In this document: positions 63,072 through 64,000 of the stretch, one piece after another | How positions within the stretch are numbered: position 1 is the first letter of the stretch | How the letters are laid out: every line of letters starts with the position of its first letter | Assembly (NCBI GenBank): GCA_963737725.1 | Contig: CAVTTO010000001.1 | Span: 22,730-86,729, forward strand | From: an uncultured Actinomycetota bacterium | GTDB lineage: Bacteria; Actinomycetota; Actinomycetes; Propionibacteriales; Nocardioidaceae | Direction: 5' to 3' | DNA length: 64,000 nucleotides | The notes under the pieces: generated by a model | Database searches by the model: none | What the model was told of the DNA's origin: nothing | The model's input: the letters and a program-made list of their open reading frames with translations, nothing else | Translations under genes and position numbers: made by a program

Positions 63072-64000
63072 GATGGCGGCTGTGCCGACAGCCCCGTGCA
63101 CCGACGCAGGTCACGCCAGTCGGCGACCGCGTCGGCGCGGGCGGCGCCGTGCAACGGACGCAGGTGTCCGAACGTCTGGATCCGGGCCGGAGCGAACGAG
63201 TCCGCCACCACCGAGCCGTCGCGGATCTTCACCTGGAGCACGCCGGTCTCGGACTCGTGATTGTGGTACCAGAGGAAGTTGCCGAGCCCGTAGCTCACGT
63301 AGGTCTCCCCCAGCCAGCCGGCGCCGAGCAGCACGTGAGCGTGTGCCCCGACGATCACGTCGGCGCCGGCGCGAGCCACGGCGCGCGCGGTCCGCTGCTG
63401 CTTGACGGTGGGGCACCGCTCGCCCTCCCGGCCCCAGTGCAGGTAGACCACCACGACATCGTCGCGTTCGCTGGCCGCCCGCACCGCTCGGAGCAGGGCG
63501 GGGCTGTTCGGAGAACGGGCTGCTGCGGTGCCCGCCCAGTCCGGTCCCGCGCCCCAGATCCGGCTCGGTGTCTCTCGCGGAGTGCTGTCGGCACCCAGGA
63601 ACGCCACGTCGGTGTCGCCCACCGACACCCGGTACGGACGGAACGCTGCATCGCGGTCGCGACCGATTCCGACCGCGGGGATCGGGCCGGTGCGGGTCGC
63701 GCGCAAGGTGTCGCTCAAACCGACCGGACCGTAGTCGGCCGCGTGGTTGTTGCCCATGGTGACCAGGTCTACGCCGGCCTGGTCCAGCACGTCGAGCGCA
63801 GCGGGCGTGGTCCGGAACCGGTACTCCTTCGGCTGCAGGGTGCCCCTGGTGGTGATCGCGGTCTCGAGGTTGACCATCGTGACGTCGGGCGCCGCCAGCG
63901 TGCGCGCGATCGGGCCGAGGGCTCCGCGTGGCTTGTCGAGCAGGGCGATCAGGTTGAGCTGGAAGTGCACGTCGCCCGCGAAGCCCAACGTCACCACGCC
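63068..64000 (-). CDS. CapA-family (metallophosphoesterase-like) protein, 5' end beyond the window
   Basis: The frame is open to the window end. ...FAGDVHF...TMVNLETAIT...VTMGNNHAADYG...VVVYLHWGRE...IVGAHAHVLLG...GLGNFLW. The stop overlaps the M15 ATG (ATGA). Confidence 0.8.

Overview
This is a very GC-rich 64-kb chromosomal window. The gene content looks actinobacterial (Nocardioides/Propionibacteriales-like), but that assignment is inference from protein families only. I support about 60 protein-coding genes. I recognised no rRNA, tRNA, CRISPR array, transposase or integrase.

Main content:
- A formate/C1 module: a cyclodeaminase-like gene followed by fdsG, fdsB, fdsA and fdsD on the minus strand, divergent from fhs.
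- A helicase/nuclease neighbourhood: a DEAD/DEAH helicase, an EEP nuclease, a cupin and a SWIM-SNF2 helicase.
- A large LuxR (LAL-type) regulator followed by two tiny genes.
- A CarH/LitR-like B12 photoreceptor regulator and a photolyase-related gene.
- dinB, an ATP-dependent DNA ligase, two HtrA-like proteases, an acyl-CoA dehydrogenase, and a protealysin-type M4 protease gene with an emfourin-like inhibitor gene.

Major caveat: roughly 30 single-base frame disruptions interrupt otherwise conserved genes. Many sit in short G/C runs, so assembly indel error and genuine gene decay cannot be separated from the sequence alone.

Most interesting observations:
1. A 1.1-kb DUF559 (nuclease-fold) gene is bracketed by two copies of a 54-bp palindrome. 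It sits exactly at the 3' end of the fds operon and looks like an insertion cassette.
2. Two paralogous His/Cys-rich small proteins bracket the helicase neighbourhood.
3. An LAL regulator is followed by a perfect palindrome, a zinc-ribbon mini-protein, and a translationally coupled 49-codon secreted-peptide gene.
4. At least three families of dispersed palindromic (REP/MITE-like) intergenic elements are present. One pair brackets a dksA/traR-like gene.
5. A CarH-type regulator has all photoreceptor motifs and a candidate direct-repeat operator.

I could run no searches. All family assignments are from motif recognition and memory.
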